Shown: piece by piece, positions 15,501 through 30,974 of the stretch
Numbering within the stretch: the first letter of the stretch is position 1
How the letters are laid out: each line of letters starts with the position of its first letter
Assembly: GCF_009914755.1 (NCBI RefSeq)
Contig: NC_060928.1
Length of the DNA: 64,000 nt
From: the human T2T-CHM13v2.0 reference genome, Homo sapiens
Direction: 5' to 3' (one strand)
Notes under the pieces: generated by a model
What the model was told of the DNA's origin: nothing
The model's input: the letters and a program-made list of their open reading frames with translations, nothing else
Database searches by the model: none
Made by a program: the position numbers and the translations under genes

Positions 15501-16206
15501 AGATCTTTCTGTGGCATCAGCAGCTTCCTGATCTATTTTGGGAGTGGAGATGTAAGCATTGAAGGTCAGGAAGAGGGCTGGGCAGAGCAGGCCAAGAGCT
15601 GGATGATTGGTTTGGACACAGTGTGTGGAAACAGGAGAGCCTTGGGGCCTGGGGTGACTGTGCACTTGTCACAGCTGTCTTGCTCTTTGTGGCCTCTTCC
15701 CTGCCAGTGTCTCCCAGGGGTTAAGAAAGGCTTGAGCCGCTTTTATTTTTCCCCTAGAACAAGGTACAACAAGGCTGAGGTCCCAGCCAAATGTTTCTGG
15801 GCCCACAGTGGGCCCTCTTGCTGCCGCTCCTCCTGCCTGCACCTAAACCTGTGGGACCCCATGTAGCAAAAGCTCCTTTCAGCACAAGCAAGGACTCCCT
15901 TCTCAGGAGGCCTCCCTCCTCAATACAGAGGTCAGGGCCAGAGCCTACTCTTTAATTCATATCCCCGAAGACCCTTTACATCACTTACACCCAGGAGAGG
16001 GTCCATAATTATCTTCCCACTAACTGAAAAAACACATTAACCTTTTAAAACAAAATCCCCAGGGTTTTAGGAAAAGTGTAATCACTGAGGTCAACTTCGT
16101 GGGCTTACACTGGGATTTGTGAGCAACATTTTAAATAACTAAAAAGCATTAAGTAGTTAGTGACATCTAACAAAATATAAAAAGTAGACTATAAATATAT
16201 GACCAT

Positions 16207-16609
<403 letters not shown>

Positions 16610-19600
16610 TAGTCATGTCCTCACTCCAGAATGTACCCTGCTCTCCTCTGAAGAAGAAAAAGAAGACAAAAAAGGAAATCATGTACTATTGGGAAATTGC
16701 TGGTTGAAAACTTCTCCTAACTCAATATTTTGTCCTCCTACCCTAGTTCTGTGACAAAGCTCAGTGGTCAGATCATTACACATTTAAGCCAAACAGAACT
16801 CAGAAATGGGAGGAGAGACACACCAACACAGAGAAAATCTAAGATCATAAAATAAGCTATTCTAGCCACGTTTTCCATTCTAGGTGAATATTGCCTATAG
16901 AAAAATGTTTTTAAACACGATTTTGTGAAAAACTGCTACTGGGAAGCCGCTGACACGAAAAGGATGTCCTCTTGGTGGGGAATTTAATCCCGTTTTTGGT
17001 ATTTCGTGTCCATTACATTTTCAACAGGTGATCAGGAAAGCAGTGCTGGTGCTGGTGTGATTTCTCGACTTTACAACAGGTGCATACAGGGCATCCAATG
17101 AGAGTTTGAAAACATGCATCCCCAGTGATCATTTCTTAGGAGATAGTTGAGGCTGTTTTGTAACTCTCAGTGGCTGCCATAGGCATTTTCACAATGTTGC
17201 TTTCCTGTCTTTAATTTTAGTTCCTCTTTGAGCTGTGGAACAGCTAACACTGCTGCAGAAATGACCTTCCGCCATGTTCTGGAGTCTTCAGCTCCAAATG
17301 GGATTGGTCAGGGCCAGTGCGTGACACACTGCCTTGCAGACGGAAAGCCTTTGTCAGTGAATTCTCAGTGGTGTCAGATTTCTATTCACTCAAGAACACA
17401 CCCAGAAACCTGGAGAAACAGCTCTTGCAGAGTAATACCGACTCTCCCTCCTCCTGCTTGTGCACTGGCCCAGGCAGAGAGGAAGGAAGTCACAACTTAA
17501 AAATAAAATTCACACATAAGCTTTCGGCCAACATTTACATCTTAATAACCTGAAGTCCCATGGGGTCCCACGCTGAGCTTTGTCCATGACATTCACAGTG
17601 TTCACACACCTCAGACCATCTCTTCTGGGATCTTCCTGGGAGGGCTGCCCCAGCAAAGCGAGCAGTGCTGCCCTTTGCTGAGAAAAGGTCTCCCCGTGGC
17701 CGGGCTGGAGCCCCACGCGTGTGCTCTTATGTGCTGCTGCTGTGTCCATCTGCCTTGCAATAAATTCCCCAGGCTTTATCAAATGGCCTTGGCTTTAGAA
17801 TTTGCCCTTCGGGACACTAATGGTAGAGGAAATAGCTTGTCATTAGATCAAAAAAATTGTCATGAAAGTCCCTGCTCTTCTGCAAAATTAACAAAGCCAA
17901 GGCCTCCTCCCTTGGAGCCTGCCTCACCTGACAGAGGTGTGTCTGGCAACGTCTGGACGCACCTGGGACCCAGAGCAGCCAGCGGGAGGCTTTCGGGCCC
18001 CCTCAGCAAGAGGAAGTGCATTTGAACACCTGGAAACAAAATGCATGTCTCCGGACTGCCCTTCAGTAAAACATTGCTTCCAACTCCTGATATGCAGCTT
18101 TATTTTCATTTTTTAGATTATCTCTCGGTAATAGCCAGGACATAACTCATGGCTGACTCCTTTTCTAATTCTCCAACTTGCCTCAGTGCCTCCCAAAGCC
18201 TAGTCCCCGATGGTAAGGCTCTGTGACCCAGCGGTCAGGGTGAGGCCCATGGCAGTCGCCTGGTTCTATTAAGAAACCTCTATTTGTAGTCCTGCGCTTC
18301 ATTAGATAAACTGGTTTTCTGCATGTAGACTGCAAGTAATCACCGCATACAAACAAAATGAACTCTGCCGCCTAGCACTAGATAAGTAATGCTTCAGAAA
18401 CTATTACTCTAGGCCTCTTCATAAACTCAGTCCCTTCCCAGCCGCCTCCCCACCCCACCCCCTGGCTAAAGTGAACGTGTACTTATTTGCTGGCTGAAAT
18501 TCTGTCTATCCTGGTTTCACAATCCTCCCTGCCTCAGTGTCAGAAGTCATATAGTTGCACAGACAAGCTTATCTTTTGGCAGCAATTTCTAAAACAAATG
18601 TAAGTCCTTTGCTTTTCTCTCCCCTGCCAACCCCCGACACTGTACTGCATCGCATAAGCTTCCAAGCTTGCTTTTAAAGCTTCGTCCTTGAGCACATGGG
18701 ACATGGAAAAATACTGCCTGATAGGGTGGCTAATCTAGTGGGATGATTGGAGATCAGTGGATTAGGGAGACTGTGGCGTCAATTGAAGATCAAGGTCCAC
18801 TGTGCTTCATGCCACTCCTTTAGAACACAAAGGCCAATATCATTCTTGCCACACCAGCTTAAAACCCGATACCTCGGAAGCAGGTTAGGCAAGGCAGCAC
18901 AAGGACTTGCTGAACCCAGAGCAAGCAAATATCCCCACCTGCAAGCCTGCTTGGCAGAGCAGGGCTGACAGTGGGGCACAGAGAAAGTTACCTCAACCAT
19001 TCTGTACTCCTCTTGCCTTTAACGAGCCCCCATTTTAACCAAGTTTCATCCCTCCTCTTTTTAAAGCCTCTCGAAGGACCCATAATTGCCCTTGATAGAG
19101 CTCCTTCACATGTAATTTGAATGTAATTCACTTACATAGTCAATCTGATCAGCACTTACTAATCCATTGCCTATAACTCATTTTTCATTATTATTTCTTG
19201 AATGAGTGATTTAAAAAATTGCATATGCATATCGTTCCCAAGTCTCTCTCTGAGCCTCTTTGTGACGGGGATGGAGTAAGCACCAGCTTGTATTTCCTTC
19301 CTAGTTCCCCTTCCTGCGGCGCTTCCCTCTTGGGGAGATTTCGGTGAATGCTGAAGATACTTTCTTGGGCAGAAATGAAGGGGCTTTCCATCCTCTGTGG
19401 AAGAACCACATTGACAAGCCCCCCAGCACCCCACCTTCTTATTCCCAGTTGTGTGACCTCAGTTTCCCTGACCGTCTCTGTGCCTCTCCTCGCAGCCCTC
19501 TTGAGGACTTGTTTCTCCACCCCATGGCTGCTCTGCCAGGCATGGTCTAGGCCTGGACATCAGCAGTCACCAGGTTTGCTTCCGAGGAGCAGCGGCAGCA

Positions 19601-20976
19601 GGAGGAAGTCTGAAGCTGTGGTGAATGTGCTCCTTTTGGAGCAGGGCCCAAGGCCAACCTGAGTCCAGGAGGAAGAGATGAAGCAGGACAGCTGCAGTGG
19701 AGGATGAGGACAGGGGGACGCAGAAGCACCTTCCTGCTGAAGTGTACCGTGAGGGGGTGTGGGGACCACACTTGGGGTTCTGCAGCAGCAGCTGGAGAAG
19801 AGGGTCACCTCAAATTGCAGAGGATGCACTGGAAGGCAGAAGGGGGAAAGAGACTCAGAGAGAAACAGGGGGAGGGAGAGTAGGGAGAAGCAGGGGGAAA
19901 GGGTGAGGGGAGAGAAAAGAATTACCTGCACAAGATGGCCACTTGGATGGAGGATGAGGAATAGAGAGCCCGGAAGGCGAGAAATAGGTCTAAATTCATG
20001 GCACACATTCATACACAGGAGGCCTGGATCTCTGTGGGCGCTGGGGTGTGTGTGCACCGAAGGTCCACCTGGCCTGTAGTTGGTATGTCGATGAGGCCTT
20101 TTCCCTCTCAATGTCCTGTGATAGCCGGAAGCATTATAATTGCTTAAAGGATGGTGGCTAGAAAAGTTGAGAAAGTACATATTCCCTAGAGTGCTCTGCT
20201 ATATTTTTCTACGTTTTTATTTCCTCCAAGAGTGACAATCCCTCAAAAGCTCAGGAGGCTGCTTTGAAGGGGGAATTAGGGGCCAAGAGGCTTGAACGCC
20301 AAGAGAGGGAGCTGCGCTATCTCTAGGTGTGAGAATAGGGCTGGCCCAGCCTCCTGAAGAGGGGCTTCTCCAGGCCCAAGCCCAGGACCAACAGCAGCTG
20401 TGGGTGTGGGAGAGCGGCTGCTCTGGCCAATAGGACTACACCAACTGGGGTGTCTGAGCCAAACAAAGCCCACCAGGGACACCCCATGTTGGATCGGGCA
20501 CCATATTTTCCTCCTTCCACCTGGAAAGTGATGCTGTAAGCTCCCGTCTGACTCATTCTCCAGGCTCAGCTTGAGCCCACCTCCAGCAAGAGGCCTCCCC
20601 AACCTGCTCCCACCCTCATTTAAACCAACAGCCCTCATGGCATCTACCAATTACAGTTTGCTGTTCATCAGTTTTTCCAAGCAGATTAATATTTTGAGGC
20701 CATGAGCAGTAGGGTTTTCAGAATTAAATAGAAAACTTTAGCACTGTTTGAAAACTTTAAGAAAAAAATCGGACTACCAGCAGAAGTGTCTTCCATGAGT
20801 GCTTTATACTTTTAAACTGGACTTTTTTTTTTTAATCTGGGAAAGTTGCAAATGAAGATGAAGAATCTGCAAAGACGTATCCCCCGGTGTTTAAAAAGAA
20901 ATGCTTGGCCAAACAGGCTACCTTCAGGTTGTATTTTTTATTTTAATGAAGCAGGTCGGTCTCAGAAAGAAATGTC

Positions 20977-21375
20977 ATAAAGAAAATGTGGCACATATAC
21001 ACTGTGGAATACTACGCAGCCATAAAAAAGAATGAGATCACATCCTTTGCAGCAACATGGATGCACTGGAGGACATTATTCTAAGTTAATTAACTCAGAA
21101 ACAGAAAACCAAATATCGCATGTTTTCACTTGTAAGTGGGAGCTAAACATTGGGTACACATGGTCAAAAAATGGGAACAGTAGATACTGGGGAATACAAA
21201 AAGCAGGAGAAGGAGAGGGGGTTAAGGGTTAAAAACTACTATCTATTGGGTACTATGCTCACTACCTGGGTGACAGATTCATGTGTGCTCCAAACCTCAG
21301 CATCATGAAATTACAGCTTTGTAATAAACTTGCCCACGTACCCCCTAATTCTAAAATAAAAGTTGAAAAAAAAAA
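20977..21375 (+). mobile_element. 5'-truncated L1 3' end (L1PA16/17-like)
   Basis: AAAATGTGGCACATATACAC..GCAGCCATAAAAAAGAATGAG...AATAAAAGTTG followed by A tail. Confidence 0.85.
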
Positions 21376-21757
21376 GAACACTTCATTTGCAAGGAGGAAA
21401 TCAGAAGCCCAGGGTATAAAACTGCAAAGGATGTACGGTGGGAGGGAGATGTGACGCCAGTGGAGATTTAACTGTATCGATTATACTGATATTTCAACTA
21501 GCATCGTTACTGTTCTTGGTAATAGTAACAAGGCTCTGGTTATAAGTTCCGTTAAGTTTTGAATGGTCTGCCCACCTCTACTTTTCCCATGAGCTAATTA
21601 TTTTTCACCCTTCGTTTTCCAGAAACGAGAGTTTTCATGGGCGATGAGGCGGATGAACGTATGAGATTGCAGTAGAAGCTCCAGTATGCGGCGATTTCTG
21701 GCTTATTGACCTATGACACTTTTTTTCTGGATTCTTATCTCATTTAACTTTGCTATT

Positions 21758-22207
21758 TGTATTAGTTTCCAAATGCTACTATAGCAAATTTCCACAAGCT
21801 TAGTGGCTTAAAACAACCCAACTGTGTTATCCTACAGTCTGAAGGTCAGAAGTCCAAGTTAGGTCTCACTGGACTAAAATCAGGGTGTAGACAGGGCTGT
21901 GTTCCCTCCCGCCTTGGCCAGCTTCTAGAGATGCTCTCACTCCTTGGTTCAAGGCCCCTCTCGTCTTCCAAAGAGAGCCATGTCCGGTCTTAACTTGCAT
22001 TAACTCCAACTATCTTGACTCTTTTGTCCACTTATCAGGACCCTGTGACTACACTGGGCCCACCTGGATAGTCTAGACTCATCTTCCCATCTCAGATCTT
22101 TAACTTAATCTCATCTGCGAAATCCCTTTTGTCATGTAAGCTAATGCTCACAGGTCCGGGGATCAGGATGTGGACATTTTAGGGGTGTCATTATCCTGCC
22201 TGCCACG
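21758..22207 (-). mobile_element. MLT1C/MLT1D MaLR LTR
   Basis: TGTATTAGTTTCC..CTTAGTGGCTTAAAACAAC..GGTCAGAAGTCCAA. Confidence 0.75.
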
Positions 22208-22498
22208 CTGTGGTTATTCACCTTTCTATGTGTTCATGCTTTGGCACCCCCAGCAGATGGGAAGCTCCTCTGGGGAGTGGGGTACTGCTTCTTTGTCATT
22301 CTGTTCCCCATAGCAATTGCCCAATTCAGATACTCAGAAGGTATTTTTCAATTAGTTTTCCTTCCTGACTCCTGGTTTGAATAACACAGAAGTGTATTTC
22401 TAGGTAGTAGCTGTGTTGAGCCAGCCATGGTATCTTACCTTCTTGCTAGTCAGTGGGATACAAAGATGATTCAATATTGCCCCAATTTTCAATAAATT

Positions 22499-22928
<430 letters not shown>

Positions 22929-23429
22929 TTATGGAGCAGAGGTAGCTAGAATGAGTGGAGAAAGCAACCAGGGAGAAGAGAGCCGAGTGGGTTATTCTCT
23001 CCAAATTTTGAATAAAGTCATGGGAAAATCAAAGTAGTAGGAAGGGGTCAAAATGAAGCGTGCAAAGATGTAAGAGTATTATCACGAGAACCCAAGACAG
23101 CAAAATACGTGTATGTCTAAATACACCAGAACAGCAAAGGAGAGCTTACCTTATTTAAAGTGACATAAATAAAATTGTAAAACGTAGGGATGCTACTGGA
23201 GGCTGAGGGTGGAGGAGACACTGATATAAGCAGCTTTCTTGGTCCTTTGCTTTTGTCGATCAATTTTCCAGGATTAGCTAAAATGCAGCCAGATTTATCC
23301 CAGTAAGAAAAAACGTACCCCCTTTCTGGATGCCCAGAGCACTTTGTTTCCTCAGTACAAAGCAGTGACCACATGTGGCTTCAAATTTTGCCATGGAAAT
23401 CCCCTTACACCCCCTGAAAGCAGATTCAG

Positions 23430-24330
<901 letters not shown>

Positions 24331-24536
24331 GGGGAACCAGGTATGAGCAGTGCACATATTTTCACTGAATTTATATTGTTTGGGAAGTTTTCCTGGTTAA
24401 GAGTTCCGATTATAGACATTATGTTAACAGAGAAACCAACACCTAGGACGATTAGAGGGTAATCAGTGGCTTCTCCAGGGCTTCAGCTACAGTGATGGGT
24501 GAGAGGAACATGACAAGGATCAATTCTGAGAGTGCT

Positions 24537-24837
24537 GGCCGGGTGCAGTGGCTCACACCTGTAAGCCCTCATTTTGTGAGGTCGAAGTGGGTAGATCGCT
24601 TGAGTCCAGGAGTTCAAGACCAGCCTGGGCAACACGGCAAAACCCCATCTCTACAAAAAATACAAAAATTAACTGAGAGTGGTTGTGCTCACCTATAGCC
24701 CCAGCTACTCAGGAGGCTGAGAAAGGAGGATCACTTGAGCCTGAGGAGGCCAAGGCTGCAGTGAGCCGTGATGGTGCCACTACACTCCAGCCGGGGTGAC
24801 ACAGTGAGACCCTGTATTTAAAAAAAAAAAAAAAAAA
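24537..24837 (+). mobile_element. AluJ
   Basis: Dimeric Alu with A tail. Confidence 0.9.
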
Positions 24838-25149
24838 GTATTCTACTTGAAGCAAGAAAAAAATATTTTCTGGAAGGGAATCACTTTCCTAAAAAAGAAA
24901 AGTAGCAGAATTTTTGTGCCTAGGGACAACTGAGAATAGGCACCCCCTCACCCATGCTGTGTCCTCCAGGATGAGCTGCCCACAGGTGAGGTGGGGGACC
25001 ACCACCCAGCTTAGGCAGGAGTGGCCCCTGCAGGGGCAACACAGCGAAGAAGGCTTATCAAGCAGGATGGGGGTTTCCAAGCAGTGCTGCAAAAAGGCCT
25101 TTCTGTTGTTTTTTATGTAAGTCTGTTTCATGCCACATTTTGGGTGAAA

Positions 25150-25171
25150 CACACACACACACACACACACA
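25150..25171 (+). repeat. (CA)n microsatellite
   Basis: About 11 CA units. Confidence 0.9.
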
Positions 25172-25710
25172 TACTGCACAGCTGACAGTGGACAGGACTT
25201 CCTGGTGACTCTGGGTAAAGTCATTGTTGCTGGAAGAGAAGGGAAATGCATGTTTCCGGTGAGTTTTGCCTTATGTGGCTAAAATGTGAGGAACTTGGCA
25301 AATTTCCCAGTGCAAGAAGTCTATGGGACAGTCTGAAAAAGGAAGGGAGGATAATCTCCACCAGTTACTGAAGTGAAAGTGAACTGTTCTTTTCTGGGGA
25401 CCCTTCCTTACAGAGAAAGGGTTGAAATGAAAAACACAGCACAGCCAATTTTGTAATATTATCTGGCCAGTTTAGTAGCCTATAGGTATTGTTTAAGGCA
25501 TTTAGAAATTCAAGTGGTTGTTAGGACTATTTTTTTCTTTGCTTAAGACATCTAACCAATTTTGCATAAACTAGGATGGGGAATATAAAGGCCTTGGTGT
25601 TTCTTTTCCAGTTAAATAAATCTATCAATAAATAATTATGGAGCAGGTAACTCCCAAAATGTTTACTTGGATAATGAAATTCCAAGAAAGAGCCTTTAAA
25701 ATTTGTAGTA

Positions 25711-26005
25711 GGCTGGGCACGATGGCTCACGCCTGTAATCCTAGCACTTGGGGAAGCCGAGGTGGGTGGATCATTTGAGTCCAGGAGTTTGAGACCAGCC
25801 TGGACAACGTGGTGAAAACCTGTCTCTACAAAAAGTTTAAAAATTAGCCAGCCTGTAGTCCCAGATACTCAGGAGGCTGAGGTGGGAGGATCATTTAAGG
25901 CAGGGAGGTCAAGCCTGCAGTGAGTCGTGATTATGCCACTGTACTCCAGCCTAGGTGACAAAAGCAGACCCTGTCTCAAAAGATAATAACAATAAGTAAA
26001 TAATA
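25711..26005 (+). mobile_element. AluJ
   Basis: TSD AAAATTTGTAGTA; small deletion at the start of the right arm. Confidence 0.9.
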
Positions 26006-26269
26006 AAAATTTGTAGTAAATAGATGTCTCTTTTTGGGGCTTATTCTGCATTATAAATTCACTCAGCATCAAGGCCACAGGATTAACTTTTAAACGTCAA
26101 GCTTCCTTCTTGTCCTGAAATGTGTCAACAGGTACTGAGTGTTGGCTCAAAGTAACTTGGTCTTACCTGGGGTAATCCCCTACCAGATACCCTCAATTAT
26201 CTGGTCACTACAGAGCCAAATCTCCAGCATGCCTGGGCTGACATTCTGGAGAAAGTGAATCACAAATCA

Positions 26270-26640
26270 CCTTGAATTAAGGTAACGTGGCTTCTACCAC
26301 ACAAAAGCCCCAAACCTCAGTGATGAAACACAATAGAAATTCACTTCCCACTCATGCAGGAATTGGCGCAAGGCAAGAATGAGGGACGTGCCAGACAATC
26401 CTGTGGAGCCTATGCCGAGACAGGCTCTGCCATCCTACGGGCATGTCCCCAGCACTGCTGCCAACAGATAGGATCAGAGAGCAAAGGATGGGCCGGAGCG
26501 TTTTGTGGGCCAGGTGTGGAAGTGTCATACATCACTTCCTCCTAGCTTCCCATGGCCAGAACTGTCACCTGGCCCAAATTATTAAGTAGATGCAGGTGTC
26601 TCTTGAAAACATCTTCTCTGGCTGAGCAGCCACTTCCCAG
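26270..26640 (-). mobile_element. Old MLT1 (K/L-like) fragment
   Basis: CAAACCTCAGTG..AAACACAATAGAAATT..CATCACTTCC..TGGCCAGAACT. Confidence 0.45.
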
Positions 26641-27289
26641 CAACAGAGAAGGGGAGCAGAATTCCCTGATGAACATCCAACCTTTGGCCACCATGTCACT
26701 TACACTATGGATTCTACCCAGCCCCAGCCTGTGGGATAGCTCCACAGATGATCAAACCGCTCCTAGTCCCAGCAGGTCCATAAGACCATGCTTTGCTGTC
26801 TTGATCTGTATTACATTCATTTGGAGCAGTACTTTGGAGCTGGGAGATGGTCCTTCCTGTGGGGATGCAGCAAAGATGGATGAGGCTAGGTCTGCCCAGC
26901 TCATCCTGTTTCCAGTGCTCATTCACCAAGGAGGCCAACCAACATGGGAGGTCCTTATGAAAGGAAAGCATGTTCCTCTGGTGCTCAATGATAGATGAAC
27001 ACCTCAGCATATGCAGGGCCCAGGGCAGGCTCAGGTGTCGAGAAGATTTGCTGTGGAACTAGGCCCTGGCCAGGATTTCACTTAGTAATTAACTCTAGGT
27101 GTTCTTTTTCCTCTGTGAGTAGCTACTAATGATATAATGGCTGGATTCAATGCTGAAGGTAAGCAGACCTGCTCAGAGATCTGTTTATTTACATAATGAG
27201 TTAGCTTGCCCTGTGGCCCCATCACTCTCCTATGTAAATCTAGATTATTTTTAAGGAATGGCAAATATAAGCCATGATTTATTGTTAAT

Positions 27290-27490
27290 TCATTATACTA
27301 GGCACTGTGCAAAATACAGTACAGTTTTTATTTATAATAGTAACAACAGCTCTGCAAGGTAGACATTATTGTTTTTATTTTAAAATGAGGTGCAAGGTTA
27401 GATAGCTCCTTCAAGGTAGCTGATGAGCAGCCGAGCTAAGACTGGAGTCCTGGCCTATGCAATTCTAAGCTGTGCTCTCCTTCCTACGTG
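27290..27490 (-). mobile_element. MIR
   Basis: AGGCACTGTGC..AACAGCTCTGCAAGGTAG..ATTTTAAAATGAGG. Confidence 0.6.
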
Positions 27491-28179
27491 CCATATGATG
27501 CATGCCCCACCACCATGCTGTGGGATGCTTGCCACCAGCCTCCTAGAGTAAATGCCTGGCACACACACAGCGAACACCCACCCACTCATCCCCACTGATG
27601 AGACTCACCGCAGTAAGCCTTCTCAGGACACTAACAGTAAGCATGGTACACTCACCTTGATAGAGTAACTCCCGTGTGCAAGAAGTTTGTAGAAAACATA
27701 TTCATTGAAAAGTGAGTGTCCATTGCACATGACTGTGCATATCAACAACATATAATCTGGCCACACCCACCCCTCTTTAGCCATGCCAAGGGTGAGCTGC
27801 AGAGTTACAACAGCTGTTTTGGATTCTTGTAAGTGTTCATGTCATCATCAGTACGAGGTCCACTTCTCTTCACTTCTGCTTCTTCACAGTTAACAAACCA
27901 GGGAAGTGTGCCTTGTCTTTCTCCAGATAGGTTAAAAAGGCCGCAGGAATTCAGAGAGTAACCAACTTGTCACTAATACAGCCTTTTTGCCAGGCCACCA
28001 GAGCATTTGAAAAGATAGTTACTACTGCTAAGAGTCATATCATTGAGCAGAACCTTGTACAGTGAAACATTTTTATGTGTGTCTTTGAATTCTTTAAGCA
28101 AAGGCAGAGCAGTTTGGTACTGGAAATCACAACAAAGAAAAGCACATTGCACATTCCCTAACTGCCATTATTAAAATAA

Positions 28180-28420
28180 TTACTTCATTTATTGGAGTGT
28201 TTCACATTGCCGGGCACTATCATGGGTGCTTTACACTCATTGTCTTATTCAGTCCTCACATTGCTCCTACAAAGACTATAATTTTATTATTTCCCTTTTG
28301 CAGAAGAAAACAAAAACAAACTAAGAGTCAGATTAAGTAAGCACATAGCACACGACAGCAGAAGGTGAGCCCAGGTTTGTTTGAATGCCTCTAAAGCCCA
28401 TGCTTTTTCCTTTGTACCAG
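28180..28420 (-). mobile_element. MIR
   Basis: TTCATTTATTG..GCCGGGCACT..TCCTCACA..CCCTTTTGCAGAAGA. Confidence 0.6.
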
Positions 28421-29081
28421 ATAGCTAGAGGCCCCAAAGCTGTTTGCAAAAAATGCCAGCCCAAAGGAAACTCTAGCATGAAGTGGGGAGCCTGTCCAGT
28501 GCCACATGGCCGTGTTGCTGTTGTGCCCTTACAAGAAAGGGAACACAGTGTTCCAAAACTGCACAGGGACTGTAAACAAAATAAATGGCAGCTCTCAGAA
28601 TTGGTGCTAATCCCTTGCTGGAGGCTGATTTCAGAAGAAGCCTACTGTGCAGCATTTGACTAGGTAGCCTGGCCCCCAAAATATTAAAAGAAAGTGCTGA
28701 GAACAATGTCTGTTTTGTGAGTGTGTATGCATTTAAGGCAGATTATCTCTTCCTATGCCAGTGCTTTCCTGTGCGTATCAGATCTCAAATGCTTGCTTAG
28801 TTATTTAAGAATTCCAAGGAAGCCTGAAATGAGCTTTTATAAGGAGAATTCCAAAGCTGACATTTGTTGATGGAAATAATTTCATAAGGTTTGACAGAAT
28901 GGAAGATTTGCAATTGCATTTGGAGGCAGCAGTGGGATGGAATTACAGGAAGGACCCCTGCCAGCATGTCCCTCATACATAATAAATAAATAGAGCACGG
29001 CCATGAACCAATGACTTCAGATGAAAATGCTCGCATGTAAACATACACGTATTTTATAATTTATTTGTAACAAAGGCCTTA

Positions 29082-29426
<345 letters not shown>

Positions 29427-30974
29427 GATTTGTCATCTATTGACTGCAGTCTATCAAGTCCTAGATATATTATCTTATTTAATCCTGACAACATCTTGTG
29501 AGTTTGTGGAGAAAAGGATTCTCATGGCCATGCTACAGATAAGAAAATTGAAATTCAGAGAGGTTAAGTCCACAGAGGGTAGTAAGCGGCTGAGCTTAGA
29601 TTCAAATCCAGGTCCTGCTTCCAAAGACAGGCTCTTTCTCACTTCTCTGAATAACAGACTTCACATTTCCTCGCACAGCTGAGCATCACTTTGAAGTTCC
29701 TATTCCTCCCTCCGAGGCATCTGAGGAATCCTTGGGACTAGGAAAAAATAATGATATGTACGCAGAGGTTGTTTATTTGTTTACACACACAGCCCTTCCC
29801 TACCCTACGTTGTTGTTGTTGTTTATGTGCCAGAGTCCCCAGAGCCTGCTCTCCACAGTGTGAGATAGTACATACCCTCATCGGCCTGTAAGCTACCTCC
29901 TTTGAGCTTCGAGAATTTGCCCATAAATTCCCACACATCATAGGATCCTTAGCTTTGACTGAGTTCCTTCGCATTCTTTGTGACCTGGAAGCTTTCCATT
30001 TTTCAGACTTAAAGATACTGCTGTGAACAAGTAAACATGTAACAACATCTGTTCTCCATTTGAAGATCCATTCAATCACACTGGTTTCTTTCTCTGCTCC
30101 CCTAACTTCATGGGGGCAACTGGCAACATGTCAGGAGCAGGGACTCATCGATTTTCTGTTTTAAGTGCTACCCCTTTTCTCTTTTCCTTGTCCTTCCCAA
30201 TAATACCCACAGGCCTGTGTTAGGATTCCTTCCAGCGCATGTCTTCAGGGTATAACAAGAGTCACAGGTGAAATTATGTTAGAGGCAGGGTCTGAGCTGC
30301 TTGGCTGCTTTCCCTCATTCACCTAACTTCATATTGCAGGGCTAAGGGAATCCAACATCATTTTACCCATTCTTGGGATCTTGAAAGTTCTTTCTACAGT
30401 TTAACATCGTTATTCAATTAATGAAAGATTTCGATGACACTGTAGACTTGGAAAATTCACTGAACAATTCTATTCCACAGTTATTTCTGAAAATGTTACA
30501 TAAAATCAACTTCTGGTGCTCCCAGTTCCCAAGAGGCCACATCTTCAATATTTCTTTGTCATGGATGCATGAAATTGTTTGAAAATAGAAAGGAAGTTTT
30601 ACTTCCCTTGCTCCAAAACCCAGGATAACTTTCGATTTAATAGGCCTCTTTAAAGTCTGGGAACCCATGCTATTGCCTCCCCTGTTATCCACAAACCCAC
30701 TCATCAGCCCTTTCCCCACTGAAGAATGAATGAGGCGTGACTCCCTGCCCAAGCAGCATTTCTGCCACTACATCAAAGCTCATTCATGCTTTGAGCTCCC
30801 AAAACGTAAATCCAAAGAAAACCTAGCATAAACGTTTTGCCCTGGTCAACAACTATCTGTCAAGTTAGATAACAGTGCAGGCTACCTTCTTCCCAAGTCA
30901 GGTCCTCAATATGGGAAAGTAGAGGAGGGAAAAATAGAAATTCCAGTCCGGTTTGGGTGGGTTAAAGAAGGAGA

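Noticed and set aside
19560-20180. 206-aa minus-strand ORF
   Set aside because: Runs through a low-complexity pyrimidine tract, with no homology I recognise and no exon structure.
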